Below are positions 8,774 through 18,153 of a stretch of 60,488 nt of DNA, piece by piece. This DNA comes from a virus (Duplodnaviria; Caudoviricetes). The notes under the pieces are model-generated. The model saw only the letters and a list, made by a program, of their open reading frames with translations, searched no databases and was not told where the DNA came from. The stretch covers positions 1 through 60,488 of IMG/VR virus record IMGVR_UViG_3300045256_000857. One strand, written 5' to 3'. Positions within the stretch are counted from its first letter, which is position 1. Every line of letters begins with the position of its first letter. A program made the position numbers and the translations under genes.

Positions 8774-10333
8774 CTAGGATGCTGGCGCGGTGGGTTTGGC
8801 GGGCGCGTTGTCGGTCGCGCCGGGCGTTTGCACGATGTACAACTCGCGCATCGCGCGCGTCACCGCGACGTACTCGAGGTTCTTCTCCTGCGCTCGAGCC
8901 TGGCTGGATTTGGCCATCGGATGCGGGAGCTTTTCCGGGCAGAGGATGAAGACGCGCTCCGCCTCGAGCCCCTTGCTGCGGTGGATGGTGCTGAGCAGGA
9001 TCGTGCCGCGCTCCGGGTCGTCGGCGAACAGGTCTTGAATGTGGGCACGCACGTCCGCCAGCGACTGCGCTCCGGCGCGTCGCGCGTGCTCGTACACCGC
9101 CAGCACGCTCTCGGTCTTGTCGTTGATGCTGATGACCAGTTGCTCCGGGTCGGGGCGTTTCATGGCCTGCTTGATCTGGAATTCGCTCCACTGCCAGATC
9201 GCGTCCTCGAGCCGCTCGAACGTCGCGCCCTTCCACCCGCCGACCTCATCGAGAACCTTGAGCAGTTGCGCGCCGATGTCCCTGCCCTTGACCTTGGCGC
9301 GTTTGCCCTGGCGGATGAGCCAGAACGCCATGCCGATCAGCGGCGCGGTCACGCGGCACAGCACCATGTCGCGCTCGGTGACCTGGTGCGTGAACCAAGC
9401 CTCCTCGACCAGCTCGACCTTGCCGCGCGGCGCGTCGTCGCGGGCTTGCAGGTGCGGCACGATCTCCTGGGCGCGTTGCACGACGCTCCCGGCGCAGCGG
9501 TAACAGATTGAGAGCGGCAATTGCAGGGCGCGGGTGCGCTCGCCGATGCGCTCGAAAGAATCGTTGTTTGCCCCGGCAAAAGCGTAGATCGCTTGAAAAG
9601 GATCACCGACGAAGACCTTGCGACCCTGCGGATGCGTGCTGCGCAGGATCAACTCGAGTTGCGCGCTCGAGAGGTCTTGGCATTCGTCCACGAGCACGGT
9701 GCGGTACTGTTTCGGTGTCAAGTTGAGCGCCACCGGCAGGTAGACCATGTCGTCAAAGTCAATGATTCGCTCTGGACCGAACTCCTTGGAGTCAACCCCA
9801 AGACGCAGGATCACCGGCAATGCCTCGAGCATCAACTCGGGTTCCGGCAGGTCCACGTCGTAATCGGTGGCGATCTTCAGCACCGCGTCGGTCGTGGGCG
9901 GGGTCAGGGTCACGCGGACGATGTGCGCGAGCTTGTACAGGGCTTCCTTGGCTTCGCGCAGCTTCGGGTACTTCTCCGCCGCGCTCGAGCCGTAGAGGTC
10001 GTTCAGCGTCCAGTAGTGGTCAATGATCTTGTGGAACTTGCGGTTGTCCACGTTCAGGCGACCGAAGCGCGCGGCGAGGGCGGCGTACCCGACGCCGTGG
10101 ATGGTCTTGACGGTGACACCCCTGGGCGCGCGCTCCTCGAGCACCTTGGCGATTTCTTTGTTGAACGCGCAGAACAGCGTGTCCTCCAGGGTCGCCTGCG
10201 GTTGGCGTTTGAGCAGTTCCACAAGCGTCGTGGTCTTGCCGCTGCCCGCGACGGCGTTGACCTGAATGCTGCCGCCCGGCTCGAGCGCGTCGAAGCCGGT
10301 GAAGACCGCCGTCTGGTACTTGCTGGGCGTCAC
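8774..10333 (-). CDS. UvrD/REP-like superfamily 1 helicase
   Basis: AVAGSGKT, VDECQD, VGDPFQAIY, STIHRSKGLE, YVAVTRA; start re-set to GTG 10333. Confidence 0.95.
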   Translation of the reverse strand: MTPSKYQTAVFTGFDALEPGGSIQVNAVAGSGKTTTLVELLKRQPQATLEDTLFCAFNKEIAKVLEERAPRGVTVKTIHGVGYAALAARFGRLNVDNRKFHKIIDHYWTLNDLYGSSAAEKYPKLREAKEALYKLAHIVRVTLTPPTTDAVLKIATDYDVDLPEPELMLEALPVILRLGVDSKEFGPERIIDFDDMVYLPVALNLTPKQYRTVLVDECQDLSSAQLELILRSTHPQGRKVFVGDPFQAIYAFAGANNDSFERIGERTRALQLPLSICYRCAGSVVQRAQEIVPHLQARDDAPRGKVELVEEAWFTHQVTERDMVLCRVTAPLIGMAFWLIRQGKRAKVKGRDIGAQLLKVLDEVGGWKGATFERLEDAIWQWSEFQIKQAMKRPDPEQLVISINDKTESVLAVYEHARRAGAQSLADVRAHIQDLFADDPERGTILLSTIHRSKGLEAERVFILCPEKLPHPMAKSSQARAQEKNLEYVAVTRAMRELYIVQTPGATDNAPAKPTAPAS

Positions 10334-10581
10334 GGCTGCACCTCGCTCAACAAGAGCGCCTGGTACACCTTGACTCGAGCGCGGGCAAGTGCCAGTTCGC
10401 TCTCGGCAAACTCGCTTTCCGCCTGCCGGTGACGCACGGTGGTCTCGAGGGTAAACAAACCGTGCCTGGCTTGCTCGAGGTCGTCGTGAGCGCCGCTCAG
10501 TTCGCGCTTTGCAACCCTGGCGTTTCGGGTCGCCGCGTCCAGCACCTCGAGCGCTTCGGTCAACTGTTGGGCAATGTTCAT
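10330..10581 (-). CDS. Small coiled-coil protein, first gene of the left early operon
   Basis: 83 aa; AAGGAG Shine-Dalgarno. Confidence 0.75.
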   Translation of the reverse strand: MNIAQQLTEALEVLDAATRNARVAKRELSGAHDDLEQARHGLFTLETTVRHRQAESEFAESELALARARVKVYQALLLSEVQP

Positions 10582-10600
10582 CCTGTCTCCTTTGGTTATG

Positions 10601-10629
10601 AGTATATTGGTTATAACCTATACTGTCAA
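10601..10629 (-). promoter_or_regulatory. Leftward early promoter with operator-like spacer
   Basis: TTGACA-N17-TATACT; spacer contains TATAGGttataACCAA. Confidence 0.8.
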
Positions 10630-10711
10630 ACATCACAAAGAAGCGCCCGCGCAGGGTGAACACGGCGCGGGCAGATGGACGAACTATGTAACGGGCATGT
10701 AATTCGAGCGG

Positions 10712-10906
10712 CTAATCCTCTATCGCATCCTCGAGCACGGTGCTCAAGTATTCGCTGAGCCGCATGCCCTTTTTGACCGCCGCGATTCGCGCCCGCTCCG
10801 CCAGTTCCTCGGGCACTTGAATGTTGAGTTGCGCCAAGCCCAGACGCTTGCGGTACTCGGCTGCCGACTCGAACGGCTGATGGGTGACTTGGCTGCGCTT
10901 GGGCAT
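10712..10906 (-). CDS. Ribbon-helix-helix DNA-binding protein
   Basis: QLNIQVPEELAERARIAAVKKGMRLSEYL pattern. Confidence 0.75.
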   Translation of the reverse strand: MPKRSQVTHQPFESAAEYRKRLGLAQLNIQVPEELAERARIAAVKKGMRLSEYLSTVLEDAIED

Positions 10907-10943
10907 CTCTAGACCTCTTGTCCCCTAGACGCTCGAGCGCCGG

Positions 10944-11705
10944 TCACAACGCGCGCCTCGAGACGACCTCGACCGCACGACCGACGACGACCGCTTCGTC
11001 CGGCGCGTAGGGTGGATACGCGGTGTTGTCGCTGGTGAGCATCACACCGACCGGATCCGGGTAGAGCCGCACACGCTTCAAGACACTGCCTACCCCGTCC
11101 ACACGCACGACGTAGATGCGGCGGTCGCGCGGCTCGAGGTCGGTGGTGTCTACCAGCACCACGTCGCCGTCGCGGATGTCGTTGGGACTGCCGGTGCTCA
11201 TGCTGTCGCCCATCACGCGCACCGCTTCGATGCCGGGACGCGCGAGGCTGCGCGGGATGCTGACCGCGCCGAAGTCGTGCGATTCAATCGGTAAGCCGTT
11301 CCCGGCGGCGGCGATGTCGCGCACGCGGACCATCACCCAGTCTTCGAGGTTGGTGGTGAACCCGCCGCGCTCGAGCGTTTCGGGCGTCAGTTCCTCGAGC
11401 GGGCGATTGCCTTTGAGGTACGGCACGCCCAGCGCGGCGAGCATCTCCTGCACGCTCCACTTGTAATGGGGTGCGTTGCGCTCGAACCAATCGAGGTTGT
11501 AGTTAGCGATGTTCTCGAAGCCCGCCTCGAGCCGCGACAGGTGCGCTTGGCTGACGTTCATTCGCCGCGCCATCGCGGTCTGCGTGCGCTCCCCGCTCGG
11601 GGTGTCGGGCAAGTTTTCGCGCCGGTCACGCAGCACGTCACCTTGCTTGATCCACGGGCCCGGCTCGCCTTTTCGCACCCGTGTCGTCGCCCCCTCAAGC
11701 GTCAT
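10944..11705 (-). CDS. CI-like repressor (XRE HTH plus S24 peptidase)
   Basis: TQTAMARRMNVSQAHLSRLE HTH; AAG cleavage site, VMGDSM catalytic Ser, LKRV Lys. Confidence 0.92.
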   Translation of the reverse strand: MTLEGATTRVRKGEPGPWIKQGDVLRDRRENLPDTPSGERTQTAMARRMNVSQAHLSRLEAGFENIANYNLDWFERNAPHYKWSVQEMLAALGVPYLKGNRPLEELTPETLERGGFTTNLEDWVMVRVRDIAAAGNGLPIESHDFGAVSIPRSLARPGIEAVRVMGDSMSTGSPNDIRDGDVVLVDTTDLEPRDRRIYVVRVDGVGSVLKRVRLYPDPVGVMLTSDNTAYPPYAPDEAVVVGRAVEVVSRRAL

Positions 11706-11789
11706 GGCGTCCAGAGTGACACCCTGGGCACTGTCCTGTCACATAAGTTATAGGGTATAACCAAAGTCCCGGTACAACGTGACCAATAG

Positions 11790-11818
11790 TTGACCCTATA
11801 GGCTCTGACCAATATACT
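11790..11818 (+). promoter_or_regulatory. Rightward (Cro) promoter with operator-like spacer
   Basis: TTGACC-N17-TATACT, 8 nt before ATG 11827; second operator-like copy at 11748-11764. Confidence 0.8.
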
Positions 11819-11826
11819 GATAACCA

Positions 11827-12051
11827 ATGGCACTAAGTCAAGTCTTGCAGCAACTCAACCTCGAGACCGGACTTCGCGTCAAGGAGGTCTCCGACCTCTC
11901 CGGCATCCGCCAGAGCGAGGTGAGCGAAATCCTCAACGGCCACAACACCAACCCGAAGCTCAACACCCTGCGCGCCTTGGCGCTCGCGTATGGCTTGCGT
12001 CTGGACGAATTCGTCACGCGGATGTGTGCGCTCGAGGACGGCAAGCGATGA
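11827..12051 (+). CDS. Cro-like XRE HTH regulator
   Basis: VKEVSDLSGIRQSEVSEILNG..NPKLNTL; divergent from CI. Confidence 0.88.
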   Translation: MALSQVLQQLNLETGLRVKEVSDLSGIRQSEVSEILNGHNTNPKLNTLRALALAYGLRLDEFVTRMCALEDGKR

Positions 12052-12260
12052 CCGCGCTCGAGCCGCGCACCTGCAACCCGCAAGAGTTCGCCGCCGCCAT
12101 CGGCACGAGTGCCGAACGCGTGCGCGACCTGTGCCACGCAGGCGAAATCGCTCACGTGCGCTACGGGCGTCACATCAAGATCCCCCTGTCCGAAGTGGAC
12201 GACTACCTCACGCGGGAGAGCCGCAAACGGCTCAAGAGCCCTCTGGACTCGAGACAATAA
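12048..12260 (+). CDS. Excisionase-like HTH_17 protein
   Basis: PQEFAAAIGTSAERVRDLCHAGEIAHVRYGRHIKIP. Confidence 0.8.
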   Translation: MTALEPRTCNPQEFAAAIGTSAERVRDLCHAGEIAHVRYGRHIKIPLSEVDDYLTRESRKRLKSPLDSRQ

Positions 12261-12298
12261 AAAACCCGCGTGGGGCGCGGGAAACCTCGAGGTTTTTT
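12259..12298 (+). terminator. Double hairpin with U-tract (terminator-like)
   Basis: CCCGCG/CGCGGG hairpin, then palindrome AAACCTCGAGGTTT and a T-run. Confidence 0.55.
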
Positions 12299-12316
12299 GA
12301 TTTGGAAAGGAACGAA

Positions 12317-12670
12317 ATGGAGCATAGCAAGGTTTCGTCGTCGCCGCAAGAGGTCCTGCACCGCGCGCTCCAGGACGGACGGCTCGCGCCGGAGTTGCGC
12401 GACGCCGCCCGTGACGCGCTGGGGCTCACGTCCAAACGCGACCTCGAGGAACGCGAGCAGCGCTCGCGGGACGAACAACTCATCCGCGCTGCCGACGGCG
12501 TGGTGACGATCAGCGCGGCGTCGCTGCGCGAACTGCTCGACATCGCCCAGACCGCGTCTTGGCTGGTCAACGGCATTGTCGAAACAAGGCACTTGCCCGC
12601 CGACGCTCGAGCCGCGCTCGTGCGCTGCGGGATGCTCGAGACCGCCAGGGGGGTGCAGCGCCGTGGGTGA
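12317..12670 (+). CDS. Hypothetical phage protein
   Basis: MEHSKVSS... after AAGGAA; 117 aa. Confidence 0.7.
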   Translation: MEHSKVSSSPQEVLHRALQDGRLAPELRDAARDALGLTSKRDLEEREQRSRDEQLIRAADGVVTISAASLRELLDIAQTASWLVNGIVETRHLPADARAALVRCGMLETARGVQRRG

Positions 12671-13418
12671 ACCGTTCAACCCGAAAGATCACCTCATCAA
12701 GTCCAAAGGGCAGAAGGACTACCTCGAGGTCAAGTGGAGGATGGTCTGGCTGTGCGAAAAGGAACCCAAGTACCGCATCCGCACACAGATCGTCCCCAGT
12801 CCGACCGGCGTCAAGGGCATCACCGCTCGAGCCGAGGTGGACATCTTGGACGACGCCGGGAACGTCGTGCGCTCTGCCGAGGCGCACAAGAGCAGCAACG
12901 GCTTTGCGGGCGGCGACATGGAGAAAGCCGAGACCGGCGCGATTGGTCGCGCGCTGGCGCTGCTCGGTTACGGCACGCAGTTCGCGCTCGAGTTCGACGG
13001 CGACGACCCCGACGAGTCGCCTGTGGACAGTCCTGTGGACAACGGCACGCAGACTGTGGACAAGCTCAAAGCGAGCGGCGCGGTCAAACCGGCCAGCCAG
13101 GTCGGTGCGCCGACGAACGCGCGCAAACCCTACCAACCTGACGCGAGTTTGGACGAACTGCCCAAGTACGAGCACGACGACGTGCCCGCCGAGGACGTGG
13201 TGAACAAACCTACCCTCGCCAAGTTGCGCTCGGTGGGCAAGGCGCTGTTCAACCTCACCGGCACGGACCTCGACCTGCGCCTCGTGGACGGCTCGAGCAA
13301 GATCCTCAAGATGCGCGTGCAGCGACTCGAGGCATTGCACCGCCAAGATGCCGCCGACGTGCTCGAGCAGATTACCGAAACAGCGGTCAAGCGCGGGGTT
13401 TGGCAGGCGAAGGCATGA
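12663..13418 (+). CDS. Rad52/Sak-like single-strand annealing protein
   Basis: KDYLEVKWRMVW and EKAETGAIGRALALLGYGTQF motifs; GTG start. Confidence 0.75.
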   Translation: MGEPFNPKDHLIKSKGQKDYLEVKWRMVWLCEKEPKYRIRTQIVPSPTGVKGITARAEVDILDDAGNVVRSAEAHKSSNGFAGGDMEKAETGAIGRALALLGYGTQFALEFDGDDPDESPVDSPVDNGTQTVDKLKASGAVKPASQVGAPTNARKPYQPDASLDELPKYEHDDVPAEDVVNKPTLAKLRSVGKALFNLTGTDLDLRLVDGSSKILKMRVQRLEALHRQDAADVLEQITETAVKRGVWQAKA

Positions 13419-13720
13419 CGTTTAAGATCGCCGATTTTCAAGCCTGGCTCGAGGCTCAGCCTGCTGAGGCAGTCGTTGGGTTGCCGCGCAGCAACGACCA
13501 CTGCCCCATCGCGTCTTGGCTGTCCGACACCCTGTCCGTCACCGTCACGGTCTCCTCGATAGCGTTTCGCGTCCAGGGCTACTTGCACGAGTTACCACGC
13601 TGGGCGCAGCTCTTCGTGCTGTTCGTGGATCAGCAGGGGAATGCCGAGATTAACGCGTCCCAAGCGCTGCAACTACTCGAGCGCGCGAGGATCGTGAAGG
13701 CTGACGCGGTGATCGTATGA
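13415..13720 (+). CDS. Hypothetical phage protein
   Basis: ATGA-coupled ORF, about 101 aa. Confidence 0.7.
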   Translation: MTFKIADFQAWLEAQPAEAVVGLPRSNDHCPIASWLSDTLSVTVTVSSIAFRVQGYLHELPRWAQLFVLFVDQQGNAEINASQALQLLERARIVKADAVIV

Positions 13721-14265
13721 GCGACGCCGTGGAGAAGTTCGCGCAGTTCCTCGAGTTTTGCGCTGAATCGGCTCGAGGTCAGGCGGTGTCGTTTCGCAAG
13801 CAAGCCGACCACTGGGAGCGCCAAGCCGAAGCGCTGACGACCAGCGCCGCGCAGGTCCGCGAGCGCGGGGCGCGGCTCGAGCCGCTGCTGGCCACCGACC
13901 CGCTGCAAACGATGTTCGACCAGTTGCCCAGCGCGACCGCCAAGGACGCCGCGCCGACTCCAAAGCAAGACCTCCTGCCCCTCGAGCCGTCGCAACCTAG
14001 GGGACTAGGGGATTACGACCACGACGCAGTGCAACCCGGCGACGCCACGCCGGAGAACACGCGCCGCCGCCTCTACCAGATCGCCGGTCTGCTCTGGCCC
14101 GAACTCAAGGGCGGCGAAACCCGCGACGCGCTGCTCGAGTTCGCCTCCACGGTGCTCGGGCAGCGCGTTCAACACACCAGCAAACTGCGTCGTCGTGACG
14201 CCTGGCGGGTCTGTCAGGAACTCGAGGCGCAAGCTGCCAAACAGGGGATAGGAGAACTCGCATGA
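13717..14265 (+). CDS. Hypothetical protein sharing a C-terminal domain with the SSAP
   Basis: 182 aa, ATGA-coupled; see finding. Confidence 0.7.
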   Translation: MSDAVEKFAQFLEFCAESARGQAVSFRKQADHWERQAEALTTSAAQVRERGARLEPLLATDPLQTMFDQLPSATAKDAAPTPKQDLLPLEPSQPRGLGDYDHDAVQPGDATPENTRRRLYQIAGLLWPELKGGETRDALLEFASTVLGQRVQHTSKLRRRDAWRVCQELEAQAAKQGIGELA

Positions 14266-15203
14266 TCCATCGTCGCCGCCGGGATCGCGGCTTTTTTCAG
14301 ATGTCCAACCGCCCGGCTCAGGACAAAACCCTGAGCCTCGAGGCCAAGGGGCTGCTCGCGGTGATGATGTGCCGCCCCGAGGACTGGCAGTTCTCCATGA
14401 CCTGGCTCGAGGCGCAGAGCGACAACGGTACGCACGCGCATCAGCGGGCTCTCGCCGAACTCGAGCGGCACGGTTACGTCGTGCGCGGGCAGCGGCGCGA
14501 CTCGAACAACCGCATCACGGGCGTCGAGTGGGTCGTGGACGACGAACCCATGAAGGCCAGTGAGGTGCTTGGTGAATACGGGCTGACACCGCTGCCTCGA
14601 GCGAAAACCCGAAAGGGCACTGTCCCAGACGCGAAGTTTCCAGACGGCGGTTTTTCAGTGACTGGAAATCCCGGACGCGGGAAATCCGGGAGTACTAATA
14701 CGGGAACTTCACTAACACGTGAGGACAAAGACACCCCCTTACCCCCTGCGGGGGCTGGAGGGGCGCAGGCGGTCGAAGGTGAGAGTCCGCCCGAGGAACC
14801 CCCTTCGGACGCCGGTGAACGTGACCCTGTTGAACCGGGCAGGCCGGGCCGTGCCGGGAAGACGCGCACAGGTGGGAAGGATCTTCCGCGCGGCGCGGCG
14901 CGCAAAAATCCTGCGTGGGACGCGTTCTGTGCCGAGAACCCCGTGCCTGAGTGGTTGGATTTAACACACTGGGACAAGTGGCTCAAGGACTTGGGCGAGC
15001 GCCGCGTAAAGATGACCACCGGACGCATCGAGGCGCAACTCGAAGCCCTCGAGACGCTCGTTAAGGCGGGCGAGACGCAGGCGGCGATCATCAAGCGCAG
15101 CATCGGGCGCGGCTGGCAGAGCTTCTACCCGGAGCGCGGCGCACCTTCAGCGGGTGACGCGAAGTCCGAAGCGAGCGATCAGTACTCGAGGTTTCGCCGA
15201 TGA
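14262..15203 (+). CDS. Phage replication initiator (N-terminal wHTH)
   Basis: LSLEAKGLLAVMMCRPEDWQFS..ALAELERHGYV; lies upstream of a DnaC-like gene. Confidence 0.8.
   Translation: MIHRRRRDRGFFQMSNRPAQDKTLSLEAKGLLAVMMCRPEDWQFSMTWLEAQSDNGTHAHQRALAELERHGYVVRGQRRDSNNRITGVEWVVDDEPMKASEVLGEYGLTPLPRAKTRKGTVPDAKFPDGGFSVTGNPGRGKSGSTNTGTSLTREDKDTPLPPAGAGGAQAVEGESPPEEPPSDAGERDPVEPGRPGRAGKTRTGGKDLPRGAARKNPAWDAFCAENPVPEWLDLTHWDKWLKDLGERRVKMTTGRIEAQLEALETLVKAGETQAAIIKRSIGRGWQSFYPERGAPSAGDAKSEASDQYSRFRR
14620..14720 (+). repeat. Putative replication-origin iterons inside the initiator gene
   Basis: Imperfect repeats tcccagacgcg / ttccagacggc / tcccggacgcg / aaatccggga followed by an AT-richer stretch. 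Confidence 0.4.
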
Positions 15204-16147
15204 CGCGCGACATCCCGATTCCGCGCTTCGACGAAGAGGGCAAGTTCGTCGGATACGTCGGAGCGCGCACCGTGGAGGTGCTTGAGCCGACCCCCGTGAC
15301 CCCGCCGCTCGCCGCACGGCTCGAGGGCGAACTCGTTGCCCTGGCAAAACGCCCGCGACGAGTGCGCGACATTGACCCCGAACTGCCCGTGTGCCCGGTG
15401 TGCGGCGCTCGAGACGACGCGGGCGACGTGCTGCGCGGCGGTGCGTACCGGACCGACTGGCGCGACCTGTACGACCTCGAGCACGACTGCGATTGCGGCG
15501 TGAAGCACCCCGACGCTTACGACGCGGGTTTGGTCGCGCTGTGGCAGGCTCGAGGGCGGCGCAAAGCGTTCATGCTCAGCGTGCCCGAGCGCTTCCACGA
15601 CGCGCGACTGACCAATTACCGTCAGCAACCGGGCAACGTGGACGCCTACCGCGCCGCTCGAGCGCTCGAACTGGGCTCGAGCCTCTACATTCACGGCGAC
15701 CCCGGCAACGGTAAGACACACCTCGCGGTCGCCGCCGCGCTGCGCCTGACCGCGCGCGGCACGGCGCGTTACCAGAGTTGCGCGACCCTGCGCGGCGACG
15801 TGATGGACGCCATTCGCGCCAAGGGCGAGAAACCCGATTGGCTCACGCCGGACGTGCTGATCCTGGACGACATGGACAAGGCCGCGCCGGGCGAGTTCGT
15901 CTTTGAACTCGTCTTCAGTGCCCTGGACATGCGTTGGTCGCGCGGCAAGACGACCATCGTCACCGCGAACCACGCGCCCGGTTGGGTGGCGGACCGAATC
16001 GCGGTCATTAAACAGGGCGACGCGCTGGTGCGTGACCGACCGAGCGCGAACGCGTTGCTCTCGAGGTTGACCAGCGGCGTCACAGTGGAGGTCGTCGCGC
16101 CCGATCAGCGCATCGGGCGCGACGGAAAGGACAGTCATGGCGAGTGA
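15200..16147 (+). CDS. DnaC/IstB-like AAA+ helicase loader
   Basis: GDPGNGKT Walker A, LILDD Walker B, TIVTAN; Zn-like CxxC. Confidence 0.88.
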   Translation: MTRDIPIPRFDEEGKFVGYVGARTVEVLEPTPVTPPLAARLEGELVALAKRPRRVRDIDPELPVCPVCGARDDAGDVLRGGAYRTDWRDLYDLEHDCDCGVKHPDAYDAGLVALWQARGRRKAFMLSVPERFHDARLTNYRQQPGNVDAYRAARALELGSSLYIHGDPGNGKTHLAVAAALRLTARGTARYQSCATLRGDVMDAIRAKGEKPDWLTPDVLILDDMDKAAPGEFVFELVFSALDMRWSRGKTTIVTANHAPGWVADRIAVIKQGDALVRDRPSANALLSRLTSGVTVEVVAPDQRIGRDGKDSHGE

Positions 16148-16409
16148 GAAGACAAGGCAGATGGCAGCGATTGCAGGAGCCCCGTATGCAGGCGGCAAGG
16201 TGCGACCGCGGCGGTTGATTCCGCTGTTCCGGTACTACGCCAAAGACGGCAAGCCGCTGGTCAAGGGTTTGAGCGTCGTGCAGATCGAGCAGTGGCGGCA
16301 CGTACCGAACGGCGGGTTGCTGCTGCTGCGCCTCAAAAACGAGTTCGCGCAGCGCCCGGACTTGTTCCCGCAGTTGAACCGACCGGCACGCTCGAGGGCG
16401 CGGCGGTGA
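16137..16409 (+). CDS. Hypothetical phage protein
   Basis: 90-aa ORF overlapping both neighbours. Confidence 0.55.
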   Translation: MASEKTRQMAAIAGAPYAGGKVRPRRLIPLFRYYAKDGKPLVKGLSVVQIEQWRHVPNGGLLLLRLKNEFAQRPDLFPQLNRPARSRARR

Positions 16410-16789
16410 ATCCGGCGGCCACGCCGCAACCTGCTCCCCAGCCCGGAAAGCAAATCGTCGTGGAAGCCGTGCTCGAGTCAATCCGGGTCAACTTCATCCA
16501 CCCCGCCTCGCTCAAGCATCTCATCATGGACGACTTGTCCGAGCGTGCAGCGGTCGGGTTGCAGAAGTACGGCAGGCTTCTCGAGACACACAACGGGCGC
16601 GATGCGCTGATGGACCTCTACCAGGAAGCCTTGGACGGTGTGATGTATGCCGCTCAGTACCTGCTCGAGGCGGCTCAAGACACCCCTGAATACGAAGAGC
16701 GTCTGTTCGTCTTCGGACATGCTCAGGTGCTCTTGTTTTCCGTGGCAGGACGCGTCGCCGACAGGAGCGCAAATGAACTTATCCCCTGA
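16406..16789 (+). CDS. MazG-like all-alpha nucleotide pyrophosphohydrolase (putative)
   Basis: GLQKYG..HNGRDALMDLYQEALDGVMY acidic helical motif. Confidence 0.55.
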   Translation: MNPAATPQPAPQPGKQIVVEAVLESIRVNFIHPASLKHLIMDDLSERAAVGLQKYGRLLETHNGRDALMDLYQEALDGVMYAAQYLLEAAQDTPEYEERLFVFGHAQVLLFSVAGRVADRSANELIP

Positions 16790-17465
16790 AACCCAAATCC
16801 TTTGCGAGCGCCTGCGCGTCCTCAACCGCCAAGGGCTCGAGGCGATGCTCTCCCAGGCGGTGGTGGTCCTCGAACTCGAGGGGCGTCCCGACGTGGAGCG
16901 GATCGGCGTACTCGCCTTCTGCGCGGGCGACGAGCACCTGCGCTGGTCGCACTGGACGACGAGCACGCGCCTCACTGTGGGCACGTACCTCACGCGTCCC
17001 CTGGGGCTCGAGCGCGTCTTGGGTGCGCGCTTCTCCGAGTTCCGCGTCGCGTACCGCGCTGCCCAGCACGCCAAACGCTTGCTTCTCGGGCGTGACCGCT
17101 ACACGCCCAGCGCGGCGGCAGAGGCGGCGCTCGAGCTGTTCAAACCCTTGCGCCGCGACGAGGCCGAAGAACTGCACAACCGCCTCAAAGCAGAGAATTT
17201 CGAGCCTGTAGCCGTTGACCTGGGCATCACCGCGCCCGTCGTCTCCGAGGCGTTCACGATGGGCTTCGCGCGCTTCGAGGCGATCACCGGCAACTCGCGC
17301 ACGCAGGCGCTAGAGCGCATCGGCGGCATCCTCAACGACTTTGACGACCTGACCCTGCGCGCGCTGGACGCGGCTGCGGTCGCCGGTGTTCACGACCTTG
17401 CGGGCGTCGTGCGGATCGCCCTTGACCTACTCGAGACCGAGCCCGGGCATACCCTAGTCACCTGA
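16773..17465 (+). CDS. Hypothetical protein
   Basis: MNLSPET... 230 aa after AGGAG. Confidence 0.7.
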   Translation: MNLSPETQILCERLRVLNRQGLEAMLSQAVVVLELEGRPDVERIGVLAFCAGDEHLRWSHWTTSTRLTVGTYLTRPLGLERVLGARFSEFRVAYRAAQHAKRLLLGRDRYTPSAAAEAALELFKPLRRDEAEELHNRLKAENFEPVAVDLGITAPVVSEAFTMGFARFEAITGNSRTQALERIGGILNDFDDLTLRALDAAAVAGVHDLAGVVRIALDLLETEPGHTLVT

Positions 17466-17509
17466 TGCGGACCTGATACAATCCTAATCCTAGGGGACTA
17501 GGGGAACAG

Positions 17510-18007
17510 GTGACGCGACTCGAGCAGAGCGGGTTGGTAACACGCGGGGCGATCATGCTCCTCGGGCGCGATGATCGCCCCGCCCTCTCGTACATCCCCG
17601 GCTGTCACTGGCCCGGCGTGGACAACGTACCCGACGACGGCTACACGGTGGACTACCTTCCCGGAACCGAGATTGAACCTGTGACCGACAATTTCGAGCT
17701 GGAAACCGCGAACGTTCGTAATATGCTCTGGCATGCCGCCTGGCGTGCCCACGAACACACGTACCGCGTGCTCATGGCGCTCGACGCGACCGGAGACGTG
17801 CATGTCTCGAGGGTCAGTTACGCCCCGGTCGTGGGTCTGGGCAGGGAGTGGTTTATTCGCACGTTGACCAAACTCGACGCCCTGGGCTACATCACGCGCA
17901 GCCGCGAGAGCATCGCGCTGCGCCCCGAGTGGCGCGGGTTCTTCTGGGATTTCCTGGCAGACAAAAGAGCGGGGGCGGCTCGAGCCGCCCCGTTGGAGAT
18001 CGCGTGA
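17510..18007 (+). CDS. Hypothetical protein with a C-terminal winged-helix-like segment
   Basis: LGREWFIRTLTKLDALGYITR; preceded by TGaTACAAT and the CTAGGGGA repeat motif. Confidence 0.65.
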   Translation: MTRLEQSGLVTRGAIMLLGRDDRPALSYIPGCHWPGVDNVPDDGYTVDYLPGTEIEPVTDNFELETANVRNMLWHAAWRAHEHTYRVLMALDATGDVHVSRVSYAPVVGLGREWFIRTLTKLDALGYITRSRESIALRPEWRGFFWDFLADKRAGAARAAPLEIA

Positions 18008-18018
18008 CCGCGCCGCGT

Positions 18019-18135
18019 TCAGCAGCCCTTGCTGCAAAGACCACCGCTGCCCGACGTGCCGTCGGCGTGGGCGACGGGTGCGCTGGCGGCGAACAAGGTC
18101 AGGGCGAGCAGCACGAGCTTCAACAAGTTCTTCAT
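18019..18135 (-). CDS. 38-aa secreted pre-peptide, candidate signalling peptide (MKNLLKLVLLALTLFAASAPVAHA|DGTSGSGGLCSKGC)
   Basis: AAGGAGG 5 nt before ATG; basic n-region, hydrophobic h-region, A-H-A signal peptidase I site; absent from the supplied ORF track (under 60 aa). Confidence 0.8.
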   Translation of the reverse strand: MKNLLKLVLLALTLFAASAPVAHADGTSGSGGLCSKGC

Positions 18136-18153
18136 ACGTCCTCCTTGTCGGCC

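Noticed and set aside
17848-18003. ORF-track start of the 579-aa TPR protein
   Set aside because: It overlaps 160 nt of the upstream gene in another frame; GTG 18004 or GTG 18154 is more plausible
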